A stretch of DNA of 30,218 nucleotides from a virus (lineage: Duplodnaviria; Caudoviricetes): positions 1 through 30,218 of the IMG/VR virus record IMGVR_UViG_3300033076_000365. One strand, written 5' to 3'. This document shows positions 10,917 to 20,656 of this stretch, in pieces (position 1 is the stretch's first letter; the number at the start of each line of letters is the position of its first letter). Position numbers and translations under genes: made by a program. Under the pieces are notes generated by a model that was given only the letters and a program-made list of their open reading frames with translations, was not told where the DNA came from and ran no database searches.

Positions 10917-11609
10917 TTAGTTACCATTACCCTGACCACCTTCACCATTGGCAATGCTTCTATTATCATGCCAAGTCTCTAGTGTAAATCCCCAGTTAAT
11001 TAAAAAGATATCTTGACCATTAGTATATCCCTCTAGTCCAATTGTATGCCATCCTACAGAAAGCTTCTTCATATAATGTCCAGAGAATAATTCACGCAGT
11101 CTTTGTGTTGGCTGAGTAGCATACCACTCTTCATGGGTCCAACACTTTGTATCAAAGATTGTTTCATTATCAACATAGACGTTAATGGAACCTTCTCTTT
11201 CATTTGCCGTAGTTGTTGATAGAGCAAAGTTAAACATAAGTGGACAAGCAAAGAACTGAAAGAAGGCAGTACATTCTTTCTCAACATAAAAAGTCAAGCT
11301 TGTTGTTGGATAATATTTTCTGGTTACATTTCCATTTATTGGTTGAGTTGTAGTACCAGCCATAAAAGAAAGCTTTTCTTCTGCTGATGTAAAAGATTGA
11401 CCACCACAAATACCAGATACAAAATTAAAAGTATTTGGAAGTGGTTGATAAGTACCTTTCATAATATGATGCTTCTGTAAGGTATTGTTGGCTAAATCTC
11501 CAGCAACCACTCCACCATTAATATAAGCTTGAAGATTATCAAAGACATCTTGTAAAGGCTGGGCATCAATTGGAGCGCCAGCAACAACTGGTGTAAAAGT
11601 AAATGACAT
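10917..11609 (-). CDS. Putative tail appendage/spike protein 3 (230 aa)
   Basis: Follows the nozzle; N-terminal IDAQPLQDVFDNLQAYINGG motif; beta-rich C-terminus. Confidence 0.55.
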   Translation of the reverse strand: MSFTFTPVVAGAPIDAQPLQDVFDNLQAYINGGVVAGDLANNTLQKHHIMKGTYQPLPNTFNFVSGICGGQSFTSAEEKLSFMAGTTTQPINGNVTRKYYPTTSLTFYVEKECTAFFQFFACPLMFNFALSTTTANEREGSINVYVDNETIFDTKCWTHEEWYATQPTQRLRELFSGHYMKKLSVGWHTIGLEGYTNGQDIFLINWGFTLETWHDNRSIANGEGGQGNGN

Positions 11610-12559
11610 TATCTTGCTCCCTTCTTTAATACAATTGCAGATAGATTAGCTCTTTCCATTTTAAGAGTTAAAGGATAATAAGGAGTTAAATCTGTTGCAT
11701 TTACAATCCAACAGCGTGTGTCATAACCTGGGGCTGTAAAATGTTGGAACTTCATAACTGGCGTTGAAGCTACAGAAAGTTCATAAATGGTTAGTGGAGT
11801 TGGGCTTTCATGAACATAATTTAAACAACCATGTAATCTTCTCATTGGTTTACAGCTTTCTCCAAGAACTATATCTTCTGCTGCTAAATCATGAACAGCT
11901 ATTCCATCATCAAGTAATCTTTCATTAGGATTTGTGCTAGCACTTGGTGGGTCTGTTTGTGGAATAGAAACTGGAGTTATATGGTCACTGTTCCACCATT
12001 CTGCTCTATTAGGAAAGACAAAAGCATTAGCCATAGTATTTGGAGTAGTTGATGGAGTTGGATGATAAATTGGAAAAAAGATAATTGCTTGTCTATCTAC
12101 TGAAGCATCAATTGGAAAGTTAGCAGCAACGCTATCTAATTCTATTGTATGTAAGTTGAAAGAATAATGGAAACGAAGCATATCTCCTTGGTTCAATATT
12201 AATGGTGTAGCATCTCCAAAACGTATACGTGAGTTACCACCAGCTTGGGCGTAAACAAATCTAACAGCAGCTCTTCCACCCATATTAGTTTTAATGCTTC
12301 CTCCACCACCAGTTCCTATAGTAAAAGAATTAGTTGTTCCATCATCCCAGCTATTGTAAGTATAGTTAGCTCTATTTAAGATTGGTGAGGTTGTTGATAC
12401 TTGTCTAATATCAATACCTTCGCTTCTTACATTATCATTATCAATAGCAGAAGTAGCCGTTGTTATTGCTGTAAATTTTGCATTAACATCTGAGGCGGTT
12501 ACCAGTGGTTGTGCTGTTGGTGGTGCAGCACCAACGTTTGTAGAAAATACTTTTGACAT
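11609..12559 (-). CDS. Putative tail appendage/spike protein 2 (316 aa)
   Basis: Synteny; N-terminal VTASDVNAKF motif; stop overlaps next start (TAATG). Confidence 0.55.
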   Translation of the reverse strand: MSKVFSTNVGAAPPTAQPLVTASDVNAKFTAITTATSAIDNDNVRSEGIDIRQVSTTSPILNRANYTYNSWDDGTTNSFTIGTGGGGSIKTNMGGRAAVRFVYAQAGGNSRIRFGDATPLILNQGDMLRFHYSFNLHTIELDSVAANFPIDASVDRQAIIFFPIYHPTPSTTPNTMANAFVFPNRAEWWNSDHITPVSIPQTDPPSASTNPNERLLDDGIAVHDLAAEDIVLGESCKPMRRLHGCLNYVHESPTPLTIYELSVASTPVMKFQHFTAPGYDTRCWIVNATDLTPYYPLTLKMERANLSAIVLKKGAR

Positions 12560-12568
12560 TTGTTCCCC

Positions 12569-13198
12569 TTATCTGTATCTATTGATAGCCGTTAGGTTTC
12601 CGCCAGAATAATAAAAGAACTGCGTCTGTATTGTTGATGCAGAATTTCTTGATGGAATTTTAAAAGCTACATTAATTTCTTGTGGACCTGTAGCTACTGG
12701 AACTGAAGCCACAAGATGTATAGTTCCTTTTGACTGATAAAGAAAATGTGTTTCAGCAACAACGTTATTATTTAATAAAACCTCAAAAGAAACCCAATCA
12801 CCAGAAACATTTCCAGCCATTGCTAGTCTATCAAACCAGTAATAACAATTAAATTCTATATGAAGATTACCTTCAATAGTTTCTATTTTAAGTGGATAAA
12901 AAGAATTGTATTCCCAACCACCAACATAATTTTCATAAATTAAACCATCCCAAACTGTATTTGGAATTACTTCGTCATACTCTGTTATTCTATTTTCTGG
13001 TAATTTAACATATTCTTGCCAATACTGATGGAAAGCATAGTCTTGAAATTTAACATCAGTGTATGAATTGTCTGGTAGATTTTCTCTATCCATACCGCCA
13101 TTAATTACTTCAACCTGTGAATTATAAATTTTATTATATTCTTCACTATCAAGAATATTCTTGGCTCTAAGTTCACCTTGTTTAGCTATGATAGGCAT
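12569..13198 (-). CDS. Putative tail appendage/spike protein 1 (209 aa)
   Basis: Directly after the nozzle; N-terminal LDSEEYNKIYNSQVEVINGG motif. Confidence 0.55.
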   Translation of the reverse strand: MPIIAKQGELRAKNILDSEEYNKIYNSQVEVINGGMDRENLPDNSYTDVKFQDYAFHQYWQEYVKLPENRITEYDEVIPNTVWDGLIYENYVGGWEYNSFYPLKIETIEGNLHIEFNCYYWFDRLAMAGNVSGDWVSFEVLLNNNVVAETHFLYQSKGTIHLVASVPVATGPQEINVAFKIPSRNSASTIQTQFFYYSGGNLTAINRYR

Positions 13199-13199
13199 G

Positions 13200-15440
13200 T
13201 TAGTAAGTGCTCCTTGGTCTAGCTGCTTTTGTTTCTGTTCCGTTAGTATTAAATTCTAATTCGTAATCAATAAGAATAATATCGTTGGTAGTTTTTATTC
13301 CAACGGAAAAGGTAGAGCAAGCAGCGTTTGCTATTGGAAACTTTAACTGAGTATATAAAGGAAGCTGCCATGTTGGAACTATCAATGGTGCTGAGGCTGG
13401 ACCATAAACAAAGATGTTTGTATCTGCATCATAGAAAGCTTGTTCCACATACTCTGGTCTTTGTCCTAATCCAAAGTTAGATTGTGTATAATCAAAGTCC
13501 CAATCTTTATTATAAAAAACATTATAAGTATTGGAGCCTTCAGTAAAACAATTTATGTAAACATTCTTTACATATTTCTTAGCTGAAGAAGAACCAAAGT
13601 TTTGATTAGCAGAAATCCATACAGAAGTTAGTGGTCCTTTCTTTTGTATTGTATAGAATGCTGGGTTCTGTAGAACTGGTGGATTATATGTATATCCATG
13701 ACCAGCATTTCTATCTCTTGATATAAAAAATAATCCTGTTTCATCTGGAGCTAATCCAAGAAGAGTAACTGGTGCTGGTATTGTTTGCCCTACATTATGA
13801 CCAAATATAAATTCTCCACGGGCATCAACAGTTAAACATCCTACAGGAAAGCTTCTTCTTTCTGACCAAGACATTTTATCCATATGAAGGACTAAACCCA
13901 GTGTAGTAGCTGATGGGTCTGGCATAGCTGGTAGCCCACCACTAATCTGAAAGTAAACGTGGTATTCTCTCCACTTTTCTGAATAAGCACCACATGCTTT
14001 GGCGATACCAGCTTTATTAAGTCTACCTATAGTATCAATAATTGGTTCACTTATTTTGTCTACAGAGATTTGAGAACCACCATCAAAACCACCAGAGATT
14101 AAAAAGATGCCTTCTGTTGATAAAAAGACTACACCTTTCTGTGGGATAAGAGCAATGGTATGTAAAGCTCTAGTTCCAATTCCCTGTACTAATGGTGAGA
14201 TTGTAAATCCATTTATTGCATCACCACGAATAATATCAATAGCACTTTCTCTAAAAACAAGTAGATTGTTGTAGTAAGTAAATAGTCCAGTTACGTCACC
14301 ACCAGCACGACTTCCTACATCGAAAAAGTCTAAAGCTCTATACTGGTCTACTTTTAAGGGTTGACTAAAATAAATACGTTGAGGTTCTGATTGTCCACCG
14401 TCAATAAATAGAGAGTTTTTAAAGGTAGCAGAGAAGCGAGTAGATGGTGCTGGAAATAAAATAGAGGCACTATCGTCTGGTGCTAAGGCTCCTAAGCGGG
14501 TATCCTTAGTATAGTCAACATAGTTTGTTTCAAAGTTATTAACAATTGTATCTAGATAATAATAAATTTCTTCATCATCTTCTTTTAGATTTTTAGTTCT
14601 ATAAAGTTTTCTAGCAATAGTTCCTTCTGGTCCAACAGGAATATTCTCTAGGTAAACAGCCTGACGTTTATTATTGTAGGTAGGTGGAGCACCACCGCCA
14701 TGAGTAATCCAAGAGATAGCAATAGAAGGAGCGGAAAGTGGGCTTTCACTTCCATCAGCAGAAATAAAAGATACCTTCCAACGATATCTGTTTTCATCAT
14801 CTTTAACAGTAGAACCTAATCCATAAGATTTATCCATATTAAAAGAATGAGGTTGTATTGGCATAACAGTTTGGTCAGCTACACCAGCAGCATTATCTGG
14901 ATTTGGTGTCCAAGGAAGAGGTGGATTTGGAGTTTCCATAAATCCAAGTCCATAAACTTTTATACCATCAAACTTAATTGGTTTACCATTACCAGAAAGA
15001 ATAACTAGATTTTTACCAATAGGATTATAATGAGTTGTAACCTCATCTACTGCTGGACGAGAACGTTGAGCGTCAATTGTTTCCTTGGTTAAAGAATTAC
15101 CTTTCCAATAATGCAAAGACATATTTGCATTTGGGTCCGTAGGAAATACTTTGGTAGTAGGATTAGCATAAGCTTGTTCATAAAGAAGAAAAGACTTAGC
15201 ACCTTGATGGGAGTTCCAATAATAAACAGAATTAACTGGACCACCATTTTGAAATCCTGCCCAGTTACTTCTATCTTCTACATTTGGAACCAAACTTTCA
15301 TAGCCTAAACGATTGTCCCAACCTCTAGATTTTGGGTCAACAGTCCAGTTTTGTAATTTATAAGATGAGTTTGCAACTGGTTGTATTCTTTCGTCAATAC
15401 CAAGGATGCCCTCATATTTAGGTTTGTTAGTGGTGTCCAT
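13200..15440 (-). CDS. Tail nozzle / packaged-DNA stabilisation protein (tail tubular protein B or P22 gp10-like), 746 aa
   Basis: Size, position after the adaptor, beta-propeller-like blades (RIYFSQP, GGDVTGL, LLVFRESAI, GIGT, GVVFLSTEGIF). Confidence 0.8.
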   Translation of the reverse strand: MDTTNKPKYEGILGIDERIQPVANSSYKLQNWTVDPKSRGWDNRLGYESLVPNVEDRSNWAGFQNGGPVNSVYYWNSHQGAKSFLLYEQAYANPTTKVFPTDPNANMSLHYWKGNSLTKETIDAQRSRPAVDEVTTHYNPIGKNLVILSGNGKPIKFDGIKVYGLGFMETPNPPLPWTPNPDNAAGVADQTVMPIQPHSFNMDKSYGLGSTVKDDENRYRWKVSFISADGSESPLSAPSIAISWITHGGGAPPTYNNKRQAVYLENIPVGPEGTIARKLYRTKNLKEDDEEIYYYLDTIVNNFETNYVDYTKDTRLGALAPDDSASILFPAPSTRFSATFKNSLFIDGGQSEPQRIYFSQPLKVDQYRALDFFDVGSRAGGDVTGLFTYYNNLLVFRESAIDIIRGDAINGFTISPLVQGIGTRALHTIALIPQKGVVFLSTEGIFLISGGFDGGSQISVDKISEPIIDTIGRLNKAGIAKACGAYSEKWREYHVYFQISGGLPAMPDPSATTLGLVLHMDKMSWSERRSFPVGCLTVDARGEFIFGHNVGQTIPAPVTLLGLAPDETGLFFISRDRNAGHGYTYNPPVLQNPAFYTIQKKGPLTSVWISANQNFGSSSAKKYVKNVYINCFTEGSNTYNVFYNKDWDFDYTQSNFGLGQRPEYVEQAFYDADTNIFVYGPASAPLIVPTWQLPLYTQLKFPIANAACSTFSVGIKTTNDIILIDYELEFNTNGTETKAARPRSTY

Positions 15441-15443
15441 CCT

Positions 15444-16919
15444 TTATCCTCTGCTGCTAAGCTTTTGTGAATAACGATAATCAAATAGAGATTTTCCAGG
15501 GGCAAATGCTTTCTTTACATGAATACCTGCTGGCTCACTTAACCATCTATTTTCTAGATTAAGTAATTCTTTAGCTGCTTTCTCAGCGTAAATTCTTCCC
15601 TGTGCTGGTGTATTGTGTTTGTAGAATAACTCTTCTGCTGTACGGAAGACAAGATATTTGTGACCAGAAGCTGGGATATCTGGACTATCAGTATCATCTA
15701 CCAATCTTTGTGGTCGATAAAGATAACGAATAGTAACTAGATAATCTCTGTCTTGTCTTGGATATAATCTAACTCTTTGAAATACTCCACCGTGTTCTGG
15801 AAGAGGTTTACAATTAGTAAAGACTTCTGTATTTAAAGGAATAGCTGAAGAGGTTGTAGCTTCTCCTACAGGATATTCAGCAGTAGAATAAAACCGATTT
15901 GAATTAGGAAGTCTAATGTAATAACGTTTTCTTAAACCATCATAAACATTTGTTACCTGCATGGTAGTAATAGAAACACCATCATTAGTTCCTAGGTTTG
16001 GAACAACTTCGTCAGAAATTGGAGAAGGTCCACTTTCCCAAGGAATGCATCTAGAATTTTCTGCAATACCATCACCAGTTGTATTGTGTGCTTGAACAAA
16101 GGTATAGCATACATCATACTTTCCAGTAAATGGAGCACGGAAACCTGCTAATGCTCCAATATTTACGGTAGCTATAGGTTCAACTAGTGGAGGTTTAACA
16201 TAATAATCAGCTTCTGGTACGTAATCTGTAGGTCTTCCAGTTTCATCTAAGTTAATAGAGAACTGCTCATCCATATATTTTGGAAGTGGGTCAAATGGTC
16301 TAAGGTCAGCAGCGTCACCATTGGTATCGTTAGCTTCTCTTAAGCCAATTCCTATCAAACCAATACAATCTTGTGGCATGGTAATATAACGATGTTTAAA
16401 AATACAGGTTACGTCTGGATTTGAGTTACCAATACGAGGAGTTCTTTCCCACAAAGCAGCCAATCTTTGCTGGTCTTTATCCATACGTTGAAAATAAATT
16501 AGTGTCTTGTTAGGATATTCTGGATTAGCACCTACTATATTTGTAATCCAATAATCACCAAGATTAGGTAGAGGTTTATTTGTTATAATATCTGTACCAC
16601 CAGTAATCTGAATTATATTTCCAGAAGATAGCCATGATGGAACATCTCCACTATCAACGGTAATAAAAGCATAATAAGATGAGCCATTGAAATCGTTATA
16701 AAGCTGAACCTGTGCTCCAACAGTATCATCTACAGGAAGAGCTACATCTCCAAATGCCCAAAGCTTAACTTCTTTTTGTGCCCACTTCCATTTACGGTCA
16801 CTAAAAATGGATTGATAAATATCATTTAGTGTATTACGAACTTCCTCTCGGTATTCGGGTACATCTGGATTGTAGTCCAAGATATTACCAACTTGATTTA
16901 TTAGTTCCTTAAGGTTCAT
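15444..16919 (-). CDS. Head-tail adaptor (tail tubular protein A-like) with inserted domains, 491 aa
   Basis: MNLKELINQV...LNDIYQSI...WKW N-terminus; YITMPQDC; GRPTDY; RLYP...Y..TIRY; DSPDIP...HKYLVF C-terminus. Confidence 0.75.
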   Translation of the reverse strand: MNLKELINQVGNILDYNPDVPEYREEVRNTLNDIYQSIFSDRKWKWAQKEVKLWAFGDVALPVDDTVGAQVQLYNDFNGSSYYAFITVDSGDVPSWLSSGNIIQITGGTDIITNKPLPNLGDYWITNIVGANPEYPNKTLIYFQRMDKDQQRLAALWERTPRIGNSNPDVTCIFKHRYITMPQDCIGLIGIGLREANDTNGDAADLRPFDPLPKYMDEQFSINLDETGRPTDYVPEADYYVKPPLVEPIATVNIGALAGFRAPFTGKYDVCYTFVQAHNTTGDGIAENSRCIPWESGPSPISDEVVPNLGTNDGVSITTMQVTNVYDGLRKRYYIRLPNSNRFYSTAEYPVGEATTSSAIPLNTEVFTNCKPLPEHGGVFQRVRLYPRQDRDYLVTIRYLYRPQRLVDDTDSPDIPASGHKYLVFRTAEELFYKHNTPAQGRIYAEKAAKELLNLENRWLSEPAGIHVKKAFAPGKSLFDYRYSQKLSSRG

Positions 16920-16931
16920 CTATTCTTCCCT

Positions 16932-16953
16932 CTACAATAAGTGTTTTATTTTC
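16932..16953 (-). promoter_or_regulatory. Repeated upstream motif copy (GAAAATAAAACACTTATTGTAG), just downstream of the capsid terminator
   Basis: Exact CTTATTGTAG; position after a terminator is where re-initiation would be needed. Confidence 0.65.
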
Positions 16954-16956
16954 GGC

Positions 16957-16993
16957 AAAGAAAAAGCCCCTCAACCATTTCTGGAAGAGGGGC
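16957..16993 (-). terminator. Rho-independent terminator after the capsid/decoration genes
   Basis: Minus strand GCCCCTC-TTCCAGAAATGGTT-GAGGGGC followed by TTTTTCTTT. Confidence 0.85.
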
Positions 16994-17013
16994 CAACCTT
17001 GTCGGGGTTTAGA

Positions 17014-17562
17014 TTAGATGCCCTTGTTTAGTATATAAGCAGTGACAGTACCAGCACCTGGACCAGCAGCAGTAGAGAGAGCAAAAGCAAATGCTTCGCT
17101 TACTGATGTACCTGCGGCTGAGTTATAAGGAAGCTGAACTGCTCCAGTTCCTGCTGCACCTGATGGGTCGAGGATTAGAGGGTCACCAACTGCAACTGCA
17201 CCAGTTACGGCAACAGAAAGTGCTGGGCCTCTAACAACAACGCTAACAGGTGAGGTTTGCTGAGGAGCAACTGTAACAGCCTTTTCTACAACACCAACAA
17301 CTACTTTCTGTACAGGAGCAGAGTTGAAGTCAGCAAGTACAACGCGAATGGCGGTAAGACCACCAGTTGCGTCAGTAGCCATCTGTGCTACGTCTGCTGC
17401 AACTACCTGTCCAGCAGATAGTGTGATGCTTGCACCACCAACTGCATTTGGGTTTTTGAACAAGAATGTCTCAACCTTTTTGCGGTCTGATGGTGAAACT
17501 CCTAGTGTAGTACCTGCTGCATCAGCAGTTTCAAGGTACTGAATAAGATTTGAAGTAGCCAT
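17014..17562 (-). CDS. Capsid decoration/cement protein (182 aa)
   Basis: Directly after the major capsid gene and before the terminator; Ala/Gly/Val-rich; GAVAVGDPL motif. Confidence 0.7.
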   Translation of the reverse strand: MATSNLIQYLETADAAGTTLGVSPSDRKKVETFLFKNPNAVGGASITLSAGQVVAADVAQMATDATGGLTAIRVVLADFNSAPVQKVVVGVVEKAVTVAPQQTSPVSVVVRGPALSVAVTGAVAVGDPLILDPSGAAGTGAVQLPYNSAAGTSVSEAFAFALSTAAGPGAGTVTAYILNKGI

Positions 17563-17566
17563 GTTA

Positions 17567-18574
17567 TTATGCCTCCCCGTCGATTAGAAGACCCTGACAA
17601 GCAAGGTGGTCGGTTACGAGCTGTGCTCTAGTCATTATCTGGGCAGAGCGAGAAGCGTAGCCAGAAACATGCTCAAAGTCTGAAAGCTCAAAGTTTGCAT
17701 CCTTATCAACAACAAGCTTGAGGTAGTCAGTGTTGAGGAAGTAAGCAGAGATTACATCACCAGCAGCTGGACCAACTGTTACTGAGGCTGGAAGGAATGG
17801 GTCAACGTACATCATAGCGCCGTTGAAGGCAAGAGCCAAACGACCACCATCAAGTACAGTTTCCTTCATGTAGAACTCTTGCTGGAATAGAAGGTTCTTG
17901 TAAGCCTTATACATATTTGCAGAGGCAAGGATAAGATTTGGTGCAGATGTTGGGCTGTTGATTTGGCACTGAATGTAGAGGTCAGTAAGTTCAGATATTG
18001 AAAGTGAACCACCAGCGTCAACGAACTGGTTCTGGTAAGCAGTTGGGAATGCAGCTTTGCTGATACCACCAACAGTGTTTCCCTGAGTACCAAAGGTTCT
18101 TGCTTCGAACATACCAGAGGTAAGACCACCAGCACCGTTGAGTGAGGTCATATCAGTAAGAATGGTTGAGGTACCTGCAATTGCCTGTTTCTCAAACTCT
18201 CTCTTTAACATGCCCATAACGGACTTGAGACGAGCTTCTGCAATCTTTACAATAGCTCTATCTCCTTTATTGGCCAATTCCTCGGTACGTGTCAAAACTA
18301 CAGGCGCCACAAAATTGCAGAAGTTGTAGCTAGCATTTCTCATTGCATCTGCTACTGCGAGTGAGACAGGCTCATAGCCAGTAGAGAGCTGAGAGATTGA
18401 AGAGTGCTCTGCGAGGATGAGAGCACGGTCGATGGTTGAACCACCGTCTACCTCTTCAACACCACCTTTCTCGCGAATTTTCTCAAGAAGTGGAGTAGAC
18501 TTGAATAAGTTGTCTACTTCTTGGTCTTTCACGATACGGAGTGTTGAGGAGAGTACGTCATTTGAAATACCCAT
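17567..18574 (-). CDS. Major capsid protein (HK97 fold, inferred), 335 aa
   Basis: Follows the scaffold; strong RBS AATAGGAG; DNLF..TPLL...GG.TI pattern, VGGISKA, NGAMMYVDP, AYFLNTDYL. Confidence 0.88.
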   Translation of the reverse strand: MGISNDVLSSTLRIVKDQEVDNLFKSTPLLEKIREKGGVEEVDGGSTIDRALILAEHSSISQLSTGYEPVSLAVADAMRNASYNFCNFVAPVVLTRTEELANKGDRAIVKIAEARLKSVMGMLKREFEKQAIAGTSTILTDMTSLNGAGGLTSGMFEARTFGTQGNTVGGISKAAFPTAYQNQFVDAGGSLSISELTDLYIQCQINSPTSAPNLILASANMYKAYKNLLFQQEFYMKETVLDGGRLALAFNGAMMYVDPFLPASVTVGPAAGDVISAYFLNTDYLKLVVDKDANFELSDFEHVSGYASRSAQIMTRAQLVTDHLACQGLLIDGEA

Positions 18575-18721
18575 ATTATTATTCTCCTATTAGATTATTT
18601 ATATTAACTTGATTTGAAGTTCGGTTTATTAGTTTGGGGTGCTCCATTGGAGTTCCTTATAAGAAACTTATTCCTATCAAACCATAAATAGGAGGTTTCT
18701 ATATTAAGTTTTTATTTTTCT

Positions 18722-19597
18722 TTATTTCTTCTGAGCAGAAACCCATTCGTAAATTGCAACAGCACCTTTGGCTTTTACGTGGTCTGGAATAGTCCCAGCA
18801 GTACCTCTGTTAGCACCACCTACTTTAAGACCATAGTCTCTTGCAGCTTTCTTATATTCGGCTAGTTCGCTCTCAGTTTTGCGAGAATATTCTGTGGTCT
18901 TCTGACCCTTTACAATCCAGTATGCTTTTTCTAGAGTTAGGTTTTTATCTGCCATTAGTAACTTGGCTATGTCTGTTTTATATTCTTGTAGGTCTGGATT
19001 TTCTTTTTTAAAATTATCTAATGCAATTTGACGTTTTGTAAGCTCGGCTTCTTGACGCATAGGCTCAATAAGTTCCTTCATACGTTTAGCAACTTCTGCT
19101 TGTATTTTCATTTCAATAGAGGTTGGATTAAATGGGTCCAGCTCTCCAGTAAAACCTTCAGCTTGTTTTGAAACTTTATCGTAGAAACCACTTTCAAGCA
19201 TTGCTTTGCGGTCAGCCTCTAACTGTTTACGAGCTTCTGATAAGCTCTGAGTTTTCTTTGTATAATCAGCACGAAGATTTGCAATTAATTTCTTACCATC
19301 TTCTGGTAGGTCTTCATAAACCTTAGCGTAGTTTAAACCTTTTGTTTCGCTTAAACCATAATCTGGAGCAGTATCAATTGATACTTCAGCAATATCTTTT
19401 TCTTTTACTTTAACAGCATCTTCAGCTGCTCTCTCACTTTCTCTTTCTGATTTAGCTCTTGCTTCTTCTAGAGCTTTAATTGCTGCCATTCTTGTTAGAG
19501 CTTGTGGGCTATTTCCTACAGAAACAGGTGTAGAAGTAGCGGCTGCTTCTCCTACCCCATTGTTCCCTGTGGGAGTTGGGGTTGAGTTATTTTCCAT
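18722..19597 (-). CDS. Capsid scaffolding protein (291 aa)
   Basis: Upstream of the capsid gene; coiled coil with ADYTKKTQSLSE and LEKAYW motifs. Confidence 0.8.
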   Translation of the reverse strand: MENNSTPTPTGNNGVGEAAATSTPVSVGNSPQALTRMAAIKALEEARAKSERESERAAEDAVKVKEKDIAEVSIDTAPDYGLSETKGLNYAKVYEDLPEDGKKLIANLRADYTKKTQSLSEARKQLEADRKAMLESGFYDKVSKQAEGFTGELDPFNPTSIEMKIQAEVAKRMKELIEPMRQEAELTKRQIALDNFKKENPDLQEYKTDIAKLLMADKNLTLEKAYWIVKGQKTTEYSRKTESELAEYKKAARDYGLKVGGANRGTAGTIPDHVKAKGAVAIYEWVSAQKK

Positions 19598-19630
19598 TTT
19601 AATTTTCCTTATTTATATTTGTTAATTTTT

Positions 19631-20173
19631 TTACATTCTACTCATCATCAAGGCATCCATATCCTCTTCAGCAGGAGCTGGAGTTTCAACTTTAACTTCT
19701 ACTTCTGTTCCTTCCTTTTCTCCTTCTGCCATTTTAGGAGCAGACTTTAAAAACATCTGGAAGTCACGGTTCTTAGAAAGAAGAATTATTTTACCAGCAG
19801 CCATCTGTAAGGCTCTGCTATCAATTAGTGCATCAAGTGATGGAACTAAATCTGGAAGCATAGCATCAGAAGCAGCAGCAGTAATCATAGAGACTGCCTT
19901 AACTATTTCTGTAGGAAGCTTACCTTTGATATCTCCCTCAACTGGAGGGATTGGTGGAAGGCTAGCGTCAAACAGAGGAAGTATTTTATTAATGGCATCA
20001 ACCAATGCATTAAGAGAACGGGCATCGTAAGAACCTTCTGGAGCTACGCTTTCCATATCCTCGTCATATTCGGCATCCATTTCTCCTGCCACTTCCATTG
20101 CTTTCTCTTCCATACCAGCTAATTCATCTTCAGCCTCTGGTGAGGATAAAGCCATTAAATCTTCTTTTGCCAT
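19631..20173 (-). CDS. Acidic hypothetical head-morphogenesis protein (180 aa)
   Basis: RBS AGGAG plus the repeated upstream motif; Glu/Asp/Met-rich termini. Confidence 0.6.
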   Translation of the reverse strand: MAKEDLMALSSPEAEDELAGMEEKAMEVAGEMDAEYDEDMESVAPEGSYDARSLNALVDAINKILPLFDASLPPIPPVEGDIKGKLPTEIVKAVSMITAAASDAMLPDLVPSLDALIDSRALQMAAGKIILLSKNRDFQMFLKSAPKMAEGEKEGTEVEVKVETPAPAEEDMDALMMSRM

Positions 20174-20183
20174 TATTAGTCTC

Positions 20184-20204
20184 CTACAATAAGTTTTATT
20201 TTTC
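20184..20204 (-). promoter_or_regulatory. Repeated upstream motif copy (GAAAAATAAAACTTATTGTAG)
   Basis: Exact CTTATTGTAG before the RBS of the 180-aa gene. Confidence 0.6.
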
Positions 20205-20656
20205 TATAATCCAGAATTAATATCGCTATCCAATAAACCTTTGGACTTCATATTATCGACAGAGAAGGTTTCAGCCAATGCTCTTTCAACAGAACCTGTT
20301 TCCTTTTTAATCCTCTCATAAGTAGCTACATCTTTTATGTGGTTGTCGGTATCTACAATTTGTTTATGTACCAAATCGTCTACTGCTCCCTTACCACCAA
20401 TATCAGAAGAAGAAATTAATCCATTATCCTTAATGTATTTTTCTTTCTCCATACTATTATTAAAATGTCTGCCAAGGCTCTTGTCCCATCCACCACCTGT
20501 ATCTCCCCATCTACCTGCTGTTTTTGAAATAAGGGGAATATGGCGAAGCATTAGTTCTCCACACTCGGAACATTTAATAGTATCTTTTAGGTCATACTTA
20601 ACTAAAACATCTACTTTCTTTTTGCAGGGCTGACAGGAATAATCATAAATTGGCAT
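20204..20656 (-). CDS. FmdB-family (CxxC-CxxC) zinc-ribbon protein
   Basis: MPIYDYSCQPC...KCSECG N-terminus; start overlaps the portal stop (TAATG). Confidence 0.8.
   Translation of the reverse strand: MPIYDYSCQPCKKKVDVLVKYDLKDTIKCSECGELMLRHIPLISKTAGRWGDTGGGWDKSLGRHFNNSMEKEKYIKDNGLISSSDIGGKGAVDDLVHKQIVDTDNHIKDVATYERIKKETGSVERALAETFSVDNMKSKGLLDSDINSGL

Noticed and set aside
10917-13198. Diversity-generating retroelement acting on tail genes
   Set aside because: No reverse transcriptase and no TR/VR repeat pair seen
18596-19617. TATAAATA (T4 late promoter consensus) upstream of the capsid and scaffold genes
   Set aside because: An all-A/T 8-mer is expected a few times by chance here; no gp55-like sigma factor; other late genes use a different motif
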